Positions 47,807-58,785 of a stretch of 64,000 nt of DNA are shown here, piece by piece. The notes below the pieces were generated by a model, which made no database searches, was not told the DNA's origin, and saw only the letters and a list, made by a program, of their open reading frames with translations. This DNA comes from Spirochaetia bacterium (GTDB taxonomy: Bacteria > Spirochaetota > Spirochaetia > SZUA-6 > Bin103): positions 3,616,001 through 3,680,000 of the forward strand of contig OZ241863.1 in the NCBI GenBank assembly GCA_965203055.1, in the 5' to 3' direction. Position 1 is the stretch's first letter. Each line of letters begins with the position of its first letter. The translations under genes and the position numbers were made by a program.

Positions 47807-49043
47807 CCGGACTGCCGACTCTTTCACGTGTCGGGAATGGCAGCATCTGCCGGTCGGCGGTAACGGCCTTTCGGAGCGAGATGCCCGCCGACTGCACGCG
47901 CTTGCCGAGCGCGCACGCCGGCGGTTGGCGCCGCCGGCGGAGGTCCTGACCCGTACTAGCACCGGCATCAAGGCGGGTCAGGTAGTAGGCGTTCTGGCCG
48001 TGCCCGGCGGGCCGACCCTCGAGATCCTGCCCAAGATCGATCATGAGAACGGCGCCGTGCGGGCGGCGCTGGTGCGCATGCTCGCGGTCGCCTGGGGCTT
48101 GCGCGTGACCGACGGTGAGCTTGCGTCGATGGACACTCAGCGGTGCGATCTCCTCGAGATACTCATCCGGCTGTTCATCGCGCGACTGCTCACGATCGTC
48201 CGCCGCGGGTTGCCGCGCCGCTATCGCGAGCATCAGGAGGACCTGAAGCAACTGCGCGGTCGTCTGAACGTGACGCGGCAGGTAACCCGTTTCGTTGGCC
48301 GTCCCGATCAGATCGCCTGCCGCTTCGAGGAGTGGTCCGAGGACACGCCGCTGAACCGCGTGCTGAAGGCCGCGGTGTCGAGGCTCGCCGGTCTGACGCG
48401 CTCGGCCGATACCAGCCGGCGGCTCGCCGAGCTTGCCGCCCGCCTGGAGTTCGTGGGCGATACTGCGGACCCGTTGCGCGAGCAGGTGCGTCTGGACCGC
48501 ACCAACACGGCGTTTCACGACATATATCGTCAGGCCTGCCGGTTTCTCGCCCGGGAGTGGCAAGATACGACCACCGGAGCCGCGCAGGGCTTCGCACTGC
48601 TGTTCCCCATGAACGAGCTGTTCGAGGAGTTCGTGGGCCGCAGCGTTCGCGCCGCCTCTTCCCGGCCCGTCCATCTCCAACACTGGAGGCATCATGCGGT
48701 CGACGCCGCGCGCCCGCTGTTCGCCCTGCGGCCCGACATCGCCGTGGAGACGCCGGACGGCTGGGTCATTCTCGATACGAAGTGGAAGCGGCTCACGTTC
48801 GGCGACGACAAGCTGGGTATCGCCTCATCCGACATCTACCAGATGGCGGTCTACGGCGACGCCTATCGCGCCCAACGAGTGGTTCTGATCTATCCGTGGC
48901 ATGAGGGCGTGGACCGCCCGCCCGGGATTCTCCGCAACTGGTCGATCCGCGGCACCGGCCGCCGGCTCGACGTCGCGACCGTGGACGTCGGCCGCCCCGA
49001 TGCGGTGGTCGAATCGTTGCGCCAAATCGTGACCAACGGGTGA
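47796..49043 (+). CDS. mcrC: McrC-family restriction nuclease subunit 2
   Basis: LEILPKI, SEDTPLNR, FPMNELFEEFV, LRPDI...LDTKWK, DIYQMAVY. Confidence 0.92.
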   Translation: MPNSRTADSFTCREWQHLPVGGNGLSERDARRLHALAERARRRLAPPAEVLTRTSTGIKAGQVVGVLAVPGGPTLEILPKIDHENGAVRAALVRMLAVAWGLRVTDGELASMDTQRCDLLEILIRLFIARLLTIVRRGLPRRYREHQEDLKQLRGRLNVTRQVTRFVGRPDQIACRFEEWSEDTPLNRVLKAAVSRLAGLTRSADTSRRLAELAARLEFVGDTADPLREQVRLDRTNTAFHDIYRQACRFLAREWQDTTTGAAQGFALLFPMNELFEEFVGRSVRAASSRPVHLQHWRHHAVDAARPLFALRPDIAVETPDGWVILDTKWKRLTFGDDKLGIASSDIYQMAVYGDAYRAQRVVLIYPWHEGVDRPPGILRNWSIRGTGRRLDVATVDVGRPDAVVESLRQIVTNG

Positions 49044-49050
49044 CGCGGAT

Positions 49051-51186
49051 TCATGACCGTACGAAGATACCGGCGGCGCCCAGCTTCTTGCGTATCGCCG
49101 CGGTGAGTTTCTTCCCGGCGGGCAGCTCCACCGCGGTGGCGGAGAGTTGCCGGCCATTCTTGCCCACTGCCGCCAATACCCGCGCTGCGGTCTCGGCGTC
49201 GCCGCAGTCCACCACCACCGCCGGGCGCACGTCGATCCAACGCACCTCGGCGGCCCACGCGGCGACTTGCCGTTGCACGTTGTCCGGCAGCGGATGCTTC
49301 GACAACCGGCGCAGCGAGGCGACGATGCCATCCCCATCCCGGCCTGCCCTGACGGCGCGTTGCACCGACTCGCGGCGCAGGACGAACAACGTGCCCACCG
49401 AATCGGGTCCCTCCAACGCCGCGGTCGGCTCCGCATAGGCGCGGGCCTGGAGCTGGACCTCCACCGACGGCGCCAGAAACACGATTTCGAAGTTGGGCTG
49501 CACCAGGATCTCGCCGGTGTCCTTGGCCGCGTCGAACTCGAACTGATCCGTATCCTTCAGCAGATAGCGGCCGGCCTGCGTAAGACGGAAGCCCACTCGG
49601 CCGCTGACGAGCCGCCCCAGCGTCACTCCTCCCAGTGCCACCAGACGCCGGAAGAAGAAGGCGGCCAATGTTCCCTTCCACTGTTCGTCGAGGTCATCCA
49701 TGTCTTCGAGGGGCAGGAAGACTTCGTCCTCGGTCAACGGATTGTTCCGGCTCCGCCACCGGTCCAGGAAATCGTTCAGATTCACCGCCGCGGCGCCCGC
49801 AGTCGAGCGAAAGGCGGCAGTCACCGCCGCGCGGCACTCGATCGGGTGATACCACCGATCATCCGCGCCGGGATCGTACGGCAGATAATCGAGGCGTTCG
49901 GCGAGGATCAACGGGCCGTCGTCGCCGGCGGGCTCATCCGCGTCTTCGTCGTCTTCCACGGCGTCGCCTTCGTCGTCGCCTTCGGCGTCGGACAGCAGGT
50001 ACTCGCCATCCTCCTCATAGTCGTCATCGTCGTAATAGCCGTCGTCCAACAACGGGACCTTGTCATCCGCGGCGGCGCGCAACGCGTCGAGCACCAGTTT
50101 GAGTCGGGCGCCGGCGGCGAGGCCCAGCCAGCGCCGCCCGCGCTCGGTCACCTCCAGGCGGAGGTCTTTGCCGCTGTCACCCCTGACCGCCGCCAACCCA
50201 AGCTGGTGCGCTGATTCCGCGGCAAGGTCGGCCCGCGCACCGCGCGGCAGCGGGGCGCCGAGAGTGTCGAGGGTGTCGAGCCAGGCCGGCAGCGCCGTGA
50301 GCGCGCGGGCGATCGTGTTGCGGGAGCGCGCGAACAGCGTGGAGTGATCGGCCCTGAGGCGCGGCGGGGCCGCGGTTGCCTCGACCAGCAGCAGCGCCAT
50401 GTCATCGATCAACAGGGGCCGGCAGAACTGCGCTTCGTTGCGGTCGAATTCAGGCGCCGATTCCGCGGGAGTGGCGGCAAGCTGCGCCGCGCGCGGCGAG
50501 CGCCACACGCCGAAGAAGAGCCGGCCCCCGTTGTCGAGGCCGACCAACGCCAGCGCCTCCCGGCAGGCGAATGCCAACGCCGGTGCCAGGAGGTCCTCCT
50601 CGGGCTTACCGCGGAACGCGGTGAGCAGGTCGGCGATGGAAATCGGGGCGCCGTGCTGGAGCACCGCTACGATCAGTTGGCGCGCAAGGCCGACCGCCGC
50701 CGGCGGCGCCAGGCGCCATCGTTGCGGCCCCGGCCCTTGAGGCTCGACGCCGGAATCCTCCTGCCCCAGAAAGTCGGCCAACCACTCCGCCCCGCCCATC
50801 TCCTCGGCCAGTTCGGCGCGGCTGGTAGTCGTTTCGGCCCCGGAGCGGCTCAGCGCCGCGCAATCGCGCGCTGAGAAGTGCGCGGTCAGGTAGTCGATCA
50901 GGCGTTGCGGGTCGGCGTGCCCGTAGTGGTCGAGTACCGCCACGCGCGACAGCGCGTTCAAGACACCATGGAAGTAGCGCCGCGCGCCCGGCACGGCGTA
51001 GGACTTGCCGCCGGCCGGCGTGAACCATTCTTCGTCGATCAGTACGCGGACGTAGCCGGCGCGGGGCAGCCTGTAGCGTTCCTCCGGCTGCATTTCCAGC
51101 CAGAGCAGGCGTTGGTCGGGTTTCAACTTGTCCCATTGCGGCAGCAGTTCCAGGAGCCGCTCCCACTTGACGTCGGCCAGCTTCAC
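49051..51186 (-). CDS. XPB-associated protein with C-terminal Helicase_C_3-like domain
   Basis: ILVQPNFEIV...ESVQRA...PLPDNV; GTGA coupling to XPB; internal acidic tract. Confidence 0.75.
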   Translation of the reverse strand: MKLADVKWERLLELLPQWDKLKPDQRLLWLEMQPEERYRLPRAGYVRVLIDEEWFTPAGGKSYAVPGARRYFHGVLNALSRVAVLDHYGHADPQRLIDYLTAHFSARDCAALSRSGAETTTSRAELAEEMGGAEWLADFLGQEDSGVEPQGPGPQRWRLAPPAAVGLARQLIVAVLQHGAPISIADLLTAFRGKPEEDLLAPALAFACREALALVGLDNGGRLFFGVWRSPRAAQLAATPAESAPEFDRNEAQFCRPLLIDDMALLLVEATAAPPRLRADHSTLFARSRNTIARALTALPAWLDTLDTLGAPLPRGARADLAAESAHQLGLAAVRGDSGKDLRLEVTERGRRWLGLAAGARLKLVLDALRAAADDKVPLLDDGYYDDDDYEEDGEYLLSDAEGDDEGDAVEDDEDADEPAGDDGPLILAERLDYLPYDPGADDRWYHPIECRAAVTAAFRSTAGAAAVNLNDFLDRWRSRNNPLTEDEVFLPLEDMDDLDEQWKGTLAAFFFRRLVALGGVTLGRLVSGRVGFRLTQAGRYLLKDTDQFEFDAAKDTGEILVQPNFEIVFLAPSVEVQLQARAYAEPTAALEGPDSVGTLFVLRRESVQRAVRAGRDGDGIVASLRRLSKHPLPDNVQRQVAAWAAEVRWIDVRPAVVVDCGDAETAARVLAAVGKNGRQLSATAVELPAGKKLTAAIRKKLGAAGIFVRS

Positions 51187-52985
51187 CGCGGCCCACCGGG
51201 CGTGCCCGCGGGCACCAGCTGCAGCCGGCGTTCGCCGCCGGCTATATCCACAGCCGCCGCGGCGGCATCATCCGCTGCCCGGTGCATGGCCGGCGCCGCG
51301 GCGGCGTCGTCGCCGGCGGCGTCTTCGGCGTCGACGATGGCATATTCGTAGCCTTGCTCGCAGAGGAAGCGCTGGCGGTGCATGGCGTATTCCTGCTCGA
51401 CCGTGGCGGCGCTGACCAGCGAATAGAAGTGCGCCTGACTCCCGTCCCGCTTGGGACGCAGGATGCGCCCCAGGCGTTGCGCCTCCTCCTGGCGGGAACC
51501 GAAGGTCCCGGAGATCTGGATCGCGACGTTGGCCTCCGGCAGGTCGAGCGCCAGGCTGCCGATCTTGCTTACCGCCAGGCAGCGGAGCTCGCCGTCGCGG
51601 AACGCGGCGAACAGCTTGTCGCGCCGTTTCTGGGAGGAGCTGCCGGTGAGCACCGGGATGGCAACGGCGGCGGCCAGCTCCGTGATCTGCTCGACGTACA
51701 TCGCCATCACCAGGATGCGGTCGGCGCGGTGCCGCTCCAGCAGGGCGCGCACCAGGGCGGTCTTGGCCGGATTCTCGGCCGCCATGCGGAACTGCCGGCG
51801 CGCTCCCGCCGCAGCGTAGCTCAGGCGCCGCGGCGGCGGCAGCGACACGCGCACCTCGGTGCAGCGCGCGGTGGCGACCCACCCCTGCTGCTCCAGCTCG
51901 CGCCAGGGAACGTCGGCCTTCTTGGGACCGATCAGGGCGAACACGTCATCCTCGCGGCCATCTTCCCGCACCAGGGTTGCGGTCAGCCCCAACCGCCGGC
52001 GCGCCTGCAGGGCGGCGGTAACCTGGAATACCGGCGCCGGCAGCAGGTGCACTTCGTCGTAGATGATCAGGCCCCAGTTGCCGCGGTCGAACACTTCCAG
52101 ATTGGTCATCGGGTCGCCGGCCCGGCGGCGGTGGGTGAGCATCTGGTAGGTGGCCACCGTAAACGGCCGCAGGGCGCGGCCGGGACCGGCGTAGATGCCC
52201 ACCTGCTCCGCCTCCAGGGTGGTCTTGTCGAGCGCCTCGGCGATCCACTGCCGGGCGGCGGTGACGCTGGTGCAAAGGACCAGGGTAGTGCGCTGCAGGG
52301 CCTGCGCGCAGGCCAGGCCGACCACCGTCTTGCCGGCGCCGCACGGCAGCACGATCACGCCGCTGCCGCCGGCGCTGTGGCGGGCGGCAGCGAAGGCGCG
52401 CGCCGCCTCCGCCTGGTAGCCGCGCAACCCGAATGGCTGCCCGCTCAGGGTGGCGGCGCGCAACGCGAAGCTGAGCGGCTTGCCGCGCGCGTAGCCGGCT
52501 TCGTCGTTGGGCGGAAACCCGGCGCGCACCAGCGCCAGCTTGAGCAGGCCGCGTTTCTCGGCGTCGACCTGGAACGAGCGCCGGTCGACGCGGTCACCGA
52601 GCCATCGGGATACGTCGCGGCGGCGGCGCACGATCTCCAGCGCTTCGTCGTCGCTCGATTCGAGCGTCAGGCCGTCGTCTCCGGCCAGCAGGCGCAGCTT
52701 GCCGAAGCGGGCGGCGTGCGAGCGGATTTCGACGAGCGTGGCGTCCGGCACCGGGTAGCGGCTGAATTCGCGCAGCGTGGCGATGATCTGCTCCACCGTG
52801 ACCCCGGCGGAGCGCGCGTTCCAGATCGACAGGGCGGTAATGCGGTAGGTGTGCACGTGCTCGGGCGCCTTGATCAACTCCGCGAACGCCAGGAGTTGTG
52901 ACCGCGCGGCCTCGAAACGGGGACTGGCTACCTCCAGCAGGAGGGTATCCACGCCCTGCACGATGAGGGGTTGATCACTGGCCAT
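51183..52985 (-). CDS. DNA repair helicase XPB/Ssl2 family
   Basis: PLIVQG..LLLE, PEHVHTYRIT, LPCGAGKT, DEVH, GLTAT, QRLGRILRPK. Confidence 0.93.
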   Translation of the reverse strand: MASDQPLIVQGVDTLLLEVASPRFEAARSQLLAFAELIKAPEHVHTYRITALSIWNARSAGVTVEQIIATLREFSRYPVPDATLVEIRSHAARFGKLRLLAGDDGLTLESSDDEALEIVRRRRDVSRWLGDRVDRRSFQVDAEKRGLLKLALVRAGFPPNDEAGYARGKPLSFALRAATLSGQPFGLRGYQAEAARAFAAARHSAGGSGVIVLPCGAGKTVVGLACAQALQRTTLVLCTSVTAARQWIAEALDKTTLEAEQVGIYAGPGRALRPFTVATYQMLTHRRRAGDPMTNLEVFDRGNWGLIIYDEVHLLPAPVFQVTAALQARRRLGLTATLVREDGREDDVFALIGPKKADVPWRELEQQGWVATARCTEVRVSLPPPRRLSYAAAGARRQFRMAAENPAKTALVRALLERHRADRILVMAMYVEQITELAAAVAIPVLTGSSSQKRRDKLFAAFRDGELRCLAVSKIGSLALDLPEANVAIQISGTFGSRQEEAQRLGRILRPKRDGSQAHFYSLVSAATVEQEYAMHRQRFLCEQGYEYAIVDAEDAAGDDAAAAPAMHRAADDAAAAAVDIAGGERRLQLVPAGTPGGPR

Positions 52986-53094
52986 GAAACAGGGGCCCAG
53001 CATAACCCGAAGCTCGCTCCGGGGCCAACACGCCCGCAGCGGCGCCGGCAGGCGCGCAGGCGGCTTTCCGGGTAGGCTTGCGCCGATGCGCACG

Positions 53095-54123
53095 ATGAAG
53101 ATGAAAGCCGCGGCGCAGCCCCTCGGCGTCATGCTGGCGGCCGCGGTGGCGGCGCTCCTGTTCGGCGCCGGGCCGGCGGCTGCCGACACCGTTGCCGCCG
53201 GCCCGCTCAAGGCGGCGGCAGTCTACACGCAGCCGGTCACGCAGAAGTGGGTCCGCCGCCTGCACGAGGCGCTGAGCGCGGCGCAGCGCCGGGGCGAGAT
53301 CGAGTACCTCTTCTCCGAGCAGGTGGCGGCGGGCGGCGGCGATTACGTCCGCGCGCTGCGCGAGTATGCCGCGAGCGGCGCCGCGCTGATCGTCGGCGAG
53401 GCGTTCGGCATCGGCGCCGCAGCCCGGCAGGTGGCCGACGACCATCCCGGCGTCGCCTTCCTGATGGGCGACTCCCGGCCGCCGCACGGCGCCAACTTCG
53501 CGGTGTTCGACAACTACCTCCACGAAGCCTGCTACCTGATGGGCCTCCTGGCCGGATCGATGACCGCGACCGGCCGGATCGGCATGGTCGGCGGCTACCC
53601 GATCGGCGAGGTGAACCGCCTGTTCCACGCCTTCATGGCCGGCGCGCGCTCGGTCAATCCGGCGGTCGAGTTCAAGGTGGCGTTCATCGACTCCTGGTAT
53701 GACCCGCCGCAGGCCCGGGCGGCGGCGCTGGCGCAGGTAGCGGCCGGCGTCGACGTGCTCTACGCGGAGCGCGCCGGGGTGGTGGACGCCGCCCGCGAAA
53801 GCGGCATCATCGCCTTCGGCAGCGTCACCGACATGAACCGGGAGGAGAACGGCCACGGCGTCGTCGTCACCTCGGCGCTGTGGGACATGAATCCCGCCGT
53901 CGGCCACGCCATTCAGGCGGTCAGAGAGGGCCGCTTCGAAGCCGCCGACTACCGGGAATGGACCATGATGGCGAAGGGCGGCGCCCGCCTGGCCCCCTAC
54001 TACGAGTTCGAGGAGCGCATCCCGGCCGCCGCCAAGGCGCTGGTCGAAGCGATCCGGGCGGACATCCTCGCCGGCCGCCGGGTAGTCGAAATCGACGACT
54101 CCGTCCCCGAATCCACCTACTAG
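53095..54123 (+). CDS. BMP-family ABC substrate-binding protein
   Basis: Signal peptide; YLMGLLAG, IGMVGG, GARSVNP, SWYDP; start uncertain. Confidence 0.88.
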   Translation: MKMKAAAQPLGVMLAAAVAALLFGAGPAAADTVAAGPLKAAAVYTQPVTQKWVRRLHEALSAAQRRGEIEYLFSEQVAAGGGDYVRALREYAASGAALIVGEAFGIGAAARQVADDHPGVAFLMGDSRPPHGANFAVFDNYLHEACYLMGLLAGSMTATGRIGMVGGYPIGEVNRLFHAFMAGARSVNPAVEFKVAFIDSWYDPPQARAAALAQVAAGVDVLYAERAGVVDAARESGIIAFGSVTDMNREENGHGVVVTSALWDMNPAVGHAIQAVREGRFEAADYREWTMMAKGGARLAPYYEFEERIPAAAKALVEAIRADILAGRRVVEIDDSVPESTY

Positions 54124-54155
54124 GCCGGCAGGCCGCCGCGCGTGCCGCGGCGCTG

Positions 54156-55502
54156 CTACAGCGAGGCTGCCAGGACGCGGGAGTTGCGGCTGCGGTCGTA
54201 GCCGCCGCGGCGATTGGCCGGCAGGGTGTCGGGGGAGACCTCGGCAAACCCCTGCTGCATGAAGAAGTCCGCCGACTGGGTGGTCAGCGCTACGACCCGC
54301 TGCGCGCCGCGCGCCCGCGCCTCCTGCATCAGGCAGGTCACCAGCCGCACGCCGGTGCCGCTGCCGCGGTAGCCCTCGCTCACCACCAGGCTTTCGATCT
54401 CGGCGCTGTGGTCATCGAGCCGGCGCAGCGCGGCGCAGCCCTGGATCGTGTCGTCCACGCGGTACACGAAGTAGTCGTCGAGCCGCTCGGCGACGTCGGC
54501 CGCACTCCTCGCCCGCAGCAGCCCGGCGTCGATCTGCGGCTGCAGCAGGCGCATGATTTCCGGCACGTCGGCCGCCCGCGCCGCCGCGATGTCGATGTAC
54601 TGGTCGGCGTAGAACATGGTGCCGACCCCATCGGCGGAAAATATCTCGTCGATCAGGATGCCGTCGCGGCGCCCGTCCACGACGTGCACGCGGTCCACGC
54701 CCCCGGCGCAGGCGCCGACCGCGGCGGCGACCAGCGCGCCGGCATCGGCCTCGAGCTGCGCGCCGCAGCGCTCCAGCAGGCGCTCCGCGGCGCGGTAGTC
54801 GACGCTGGAATAGTACCCGTCGGGCCGCGTCGCCAGCTCGACTCCCGCGCACGGCACCGCGGCGACCCCCGCCGCGGCCCCTACCAGGAACACCTTGGCG
54901 GCGCGCAACTCCCGCGCCACCGCCACCACCAACTCCAGACTGGAAATGTTGTACGCCTTGCCGACCGCGTTCCAGCCGATGTTGGAGATGATCGGGATGG
55001 CGCCGGTCTCCAGCAGCGCGCGCAGCAATCCCGCGTCGACGCGCTCCACCCGCCCGGTACGTTGATAGTCCACGCCCTCCACGACTCCCGCGGTCCGCGC
55101 CCGCACCCAGTTGCCGACCACGGCGCGGGCGCCGCTTTCGGTAAGCAGCGCCAACAGCTCGTTGACCACGCCGGCCGCGCCGCGCATCACCGCGGCCATG
55201 TCGGCTTCCGCGGTGATGCGGCGCTCGCCGATGCCGGCCGGCGCCGGCGGCGGCCGGCGGCGCGGCCCGGCGGCGCGGCCCAGCGCCGCGTCGATGGCGC
55301 GGCGGGCGCCGGGCACCAGCACGATGTGGATTCCCATGCGCTGCAGCAGCACGATGTCCTTGATCAGCATCGGGAACAGCGGCGCGCCAAGCAGGTCGTC
55401 CTCGATCCGCAGGACGAACAGCCGCCCGCGGTAGTGCCCGAGATAGCTGAGCACGTCACGGGTCGCGGCGACGGAAGCGGCGGCAGTCATGGCGCTAGTC
55501 AT
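54156..55502 (-). CDS. argA: Amino-acid N-acetyltransferase (N-acetylglutamate synthase)
   Basis: AAK domain (GVDYQRTGRV, GVDRVH, EIFSADGVGT) plus C-terminal GNAT ending RSRNSRV. Confidence 0.9.
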   Translation of the reverse strand: MTSAMTAAASVAATRDVLSYLGHYRGRLFVLRIEDDLLGAPLFPMLIKDIVLLQRMGIHIVLVPGARRAIDAALGRAAGPRRRPPPAPAGIGERRITAEADMAAVMRGAAGVVNELLALLTESGARAVVGNWVRARTAGVVEGVDYQRTGRVERVDAGLLRALLETGAIPIISNIGWNAVGKAYNISSLELVVAVARELRAAKVFLVGAAAGVAAVPCAGVELATRPDGYYSSVDYRAAERLLERCGAQLEADAGALVAAAVGACAGGVDRVHVVDGRRDGILIDEIFSADGVGTMFYADQYIDIAAARAADVPEIMRLLQPQIDAGLLRARSAADVAERLDDYFVYRVDDTIQGCAALRRLDDHSAEIESLVVSEGYRGSGTGVRLVTCLMQEARARGAQRVVALTTQSADFFMQQGFAEVSPDTLPANRRGGYDRSRNSRVLAASL

Positions 55503-55663
55503 TGTCGCCGTTGCGCCTGCCCCTCTCAAGGGGGCGGCGGGCAGAGTTGGGCAGGGTGGGCAGGTACGGAACGGTTGCGCTTCCGCCGCGCCGCCGGTAG
55601 ATTCGGCGGCAGGAGTCACGGTGATCCATCCCTGCGAGTGCCGATCATGAGGCGCCGGCCAGC

Positions 55664-56767
55664 ATGAGCCGGCTGCGAAACTTTTCCGCCGGTCCCGGGG
55701 CGCTGCCGGTACCGGTACTGGAGGAAGCGCGCGCGGCACTGCTGGAGCTGCCCGGCGCCGGCGCTTCCATCATCGAGATCAGCCACCGCTCGGAGCGGTT
55801 CGCCGAGATACTGGCGGAGACCAGGGACAACCTGCGGGCCTTGTTGGGAATCGGCGACGACTACGAGGTGCTGTTGCTCCAGGGCGGCGCGCAACAGCAG
55901 TTTGCGATGATCCCGATGAACTTCCTTGCCGGCAGCGGGGGCTGCGCGGAGTACGTGGTGAGCGGGCATTGGAGCCGCGCGGCCTGCCGCGAAGCGGAGC
56001 TGGAAGGATGCTGCGCGGCGCTCTGGGACGGCGCCGGCGACGACTACCGGCGGATGCCCGGCAGCGCGGAGCTGGTGTTGGACGGCGCCCGCCGCTCCCG
56101 CGCCGCCTACGTGCACTACACGACCAACGAGACCATCCAGGGCACGCAGCTCCGGGAGTTGCCCCAGTTCGGGCCCGTGCCCGCGATCTGCGACGCCTCC
56201 TCCGACCTGCTCTCCCGGCCGCTGCCGATGGAGCGCTGCAGCATGGTCTACGCCAGCGCGCAGAAGAACCTGGGGCCGGCCGGACTTACCGTGGTGATCG
56301 TCCGCCGCGGCCTGCTGGAGCGCGGCGCCAAGAGGCTGCACCCCATGCTCGACTATCGGGAGCTGGCGGCGCAGGATTCGCTGCTGAACACGCCGCCGGT
56401 ATTCTCGATCTACGTGACGCTGCTGGTTACCCGCTGGATTCGCGGCGCGATCGGCGGCCTGGAAGCGATGGCGCGCCGCAACCGCGCCAAGGCCGAGACC
56501 CTGTACCAGGTACTGGACGGTAGCGGCGGCTTCTATCGAGGCCACGCCCGCCCGGACAGCCGGTCGCGCATGAACGTTACCTGGCGGCTGGCGGATGAGG
56601 GGCTGGAGCGGCGCTTCCTGGAGGAGGCGGCCGCGGCCGGCTGCATCGAGCTGCGCGGGCATCGTTCGATAGGCGGGGTGCGCGCTTCGCTGTACAACGC
56701 GGTGACCCTCGAAAGCTGCCGCGAGCTGGCCGCGTTCATGACGGAGTTTCAGCGCCGCCGCGGGTAG
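55664..56767 (+). CDS. serC: Phosphoserine aminotransferase
   Basis: [47 protein letters not shown]. Confidence 0.95.
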   Translation: MSRLRNFSAGPGALPVPVLEEARAALLELPGAGASIIEISHRSERFAEILAETRDNLRALLGIGDDYEVLLLQGGAQQQFAMIPMNFLAGSGGCAEYVVSGHWSRAACREAELEGCCAALWDGAGDDYRRMPGSAELVLDGARRSRAAYVHYTTNETIQGTQLRELPQFGPVPAICDASSDLLSRPLPMERCSMVYASAQKNLGPAGLTVVIVRRGLLERGAKRLHPMLDYRELAAQDSLLNTPPVFSIYVTLLVTRWIRGAIGGLEAMARRNRAKAETLYQVLDGSGGFYRGHARPDSRSRMNVTWRLADEGLERRFLEEAAAAGCIELRGHRSIGGVRASLYNAVTLESCRELAAFMTEFQRRRG

Positions 56768-56771
56768 AGGA

Positions 56772-57752
56772 ATGAGCATGGCACAGGGATGTTGCGCGCC
56801 GGATGCGGCGCGCAACCGGCGCGCAACCGGTGGCGAAACGGCAGGGGCCGCCAACCGCGGCCCGCATGCCGCGGTCGGCGGCGCGCATGACGATGGCCGG
56901 CCGATGCGCGAGCTGGCCGCCGCAGCCTTCCTCATGGGCACCGCCGATGACGACGGCTTTCCGGCGGACGGCGAAGGCCCGGTCCGCGAGGTGTCGCTGA
57001 GCGGCTTCGCCATCGATCTGTGCGCGGTGAGCAACGACGAGTTCGCCGCCTTCGTGGAAGAGGCCGGCTACGTTACCGAAGCCGAGCACTTCGGCTGGTC
57101 GTTCGTGTTCAGGAACCACGTTCCCAAGAGCGCATTCAAGAAGCGGCTGGTGCGTACCGTGCCGGGACTGGCGTGGTGGTACGCGGTGGACCGCGCCTGC
57201 TGGAAGCGGCCCGAGGGGCCGGGCTCCAACGTCCGCAAGCGCGGCGGCCATCCGGTGACCCACGTCTCGCATGCCGACGCCCGCGCCTACTGCGCCTGGG
57301 CCGGCAAGCGGTTGCCGAGCGAAGCGGAGTGGGAGTATGCCGCGCGCGGCGGCCTGGAGCAGCGCACCTACGCCTGGGGCGACGCGCTGACCCCCGGCGG
57401 CAAGCATCACTGCAACATCTGGCAAGGCAAGTTCCCGGAGCGCGATCTGGCGGTCGACGGCTACGCCGGCACCTGTCCGGTGCGCGCGTTTCCGGCCAAC
57501 GGCTACGGACTGCACAACGTGGCGGGCAATGTGTGGGAGTGGTGCGCGGACTGGTTCAGCCCCGATTACCACCTCACCGCGTCACGCACCGACCCCGGCG
57601 GCCCCCCGCGCGGCAGCGGCCGCGTCATGCGCGGCGGTTCCTTTCTCTGCCACCGCTCCTACTGCAATCGCTACCGCGTCGCCGCCCGCACCAGCAATTC
57701 GCCCGACAGCTCCACCGCCAACCTCGGCTTTCGCTGCGCCCGTTCGCTGTAG
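56772..57752 (+). CDS. Formylglycine-generating enzyme (SUMF1)
   Basis: [41 protein letters not shown] with both catalytic Cys. Confidence 0.92.
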   Translation: MSMAQGCCAPDAARNRRATGGETAGAANRGPHAAVGGAHDDGRPMRELAAAAFLMGTADDDGFPADGEGPVREVSLSGFAIDLCAVSNDEFAAFVEEAGYVTEAEHFGWSFVFRNHVPKSAFKKRLVRTVPGLAWWYAVDRACWKRPEGPGSNVRKRGGHPVTHVSHADARAYCAWAGKRLPSEAEWEYAARGGLEQRTYAWGDALTPGGKHHCNIWQGKFPERDLAVDGYAGTCPVRAFPANGYGLHNVAGNVWEWCADWFSPDYHLTASRTDPGGPPRGSGRVMRGGSFLCHRSYCNRYRVAARTSNSPDSSTANLGFRCARSL

Positions 57753-57789
57753 TACGAGGCAAGAGTCAGCGGCGCCGCGGCCGCCGCGC

Positions 57790-58785
57790 TCATGGGCGGC
57801 GGTTCCCCGGCACTTCGTTGCGGGCGGTCGCGCGGTGGCGCCGGTACCACTGCACCGTCTGTGCCAAGCCGGCCCGCAACGAGGTCCGAGGCGAAAATCC
57901 GAGCTCCTTGCGCGCCCGGGAAATGTCGAACCTGCGCCGGGCCTGGCCGGCGGGCCGACTGCGGTCCCACACGATCGCGCCGCGGTAGCCGGTAATCTCC
58001 CGCAGCAGCTCCACCACTTCGCGAATGCTGGTTTCGGCGCCGGAGGAAAGGTTCAGCAGCGCAGGCCGGTCGTACCGCTCGGCGGCGCGAATCATGCCCT
58101 GCGCCACGTCGCCGGCGAACACGAAGTCGCGCTGCGGCGCGCCGTTGCCCCAGACGGTCACCGACGGCAGGGCATCGTCCGCCGCCGCCACGAACTTGCG
58201 CACCAGAGCGGGCACCACGTGCGCCGCCTCCAGGTCGAAGTTGTCGTGCGGGCCGTAGATGTTGCCCGGCAGCGCCACCACGATCGGGAACCGGTACTGG
58301 CGCCAGTAGGCGAGCGACTGCACGTGCAGCATGCGCTTCGCCAGTGAGTAGGGCGCGCTTTCGTCTTGCGGAAACCCGTTCCAGAAGTCCTCTTCCCGGA
58401 TCGGCAGAGGTGCGTGCTCCGGGTATCCGCAACCGGTGCCGGCGGCCACCACCTTGGTTGCGCCGGCCTTCCATGCCTCGTGGAGCACGTTGGTGCCCAT
58501 CATCAGATTGCGGTAGAAGAAGTCGGCCGGGGCCGCCTGGTTGGCGCCGATGCCGCCCACGTAGCCGGCAAGATGAAAGACCACGCCGGCCGGCCGGTCG
58601 CGGAAGAGCTGTTCGGCGGCGTCCTGCCGCGTAAGGTCGTAGTCGCGGCTGCGCACCAGGTAGACGCCGGCGCAGTCCAGGGCCTGCAGGCAGCCGGCGA
58701 CGTGAGTCCCCAGCAATCCGCTGCCACCGGTCACCACGACCTGCCGGCCGCGCCAGAAATCCGCGGCGCCGCTGCCCTCCGTCAT
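57790..58785 (-). CDS. GDP-L-fucose synthase-like epimerase/reductase
   Basis: VTGGSGLLG, HLAGYVGGIGAN, YSLAK, NIYGPHDNF, HVVPAL. Confidence 0.9.
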   Translation of the reverse strand: MTEGSGAADFWRGRQVVVTGGSGLLGTHVAGCLQALDCAGVYLVRSRDYDLTRQDAAEQLFRDRPAGVVFHLAGYVGGIGANQAAPADFFYRNLMMGTNVLHEAWKAGATKVVAAGTGCGYPEHAPLPIREEDFWNGFPQDESAPYSLAKRMLHVQSLAYWRQYRFPIVVALPGNIYGPHDNFDLEAAHVVPALVRKFVAAADDALPSVTVWGNGAPQRDFVFAGDVAQGMIRAAERYDRPALLNLSSGAETSIREVVELLREITGYRGAIVWDRSRPAGQARRRFDISRARKELGFSPRTSLRAGLAQTVQWYRRHRATARNEVPGNRRP

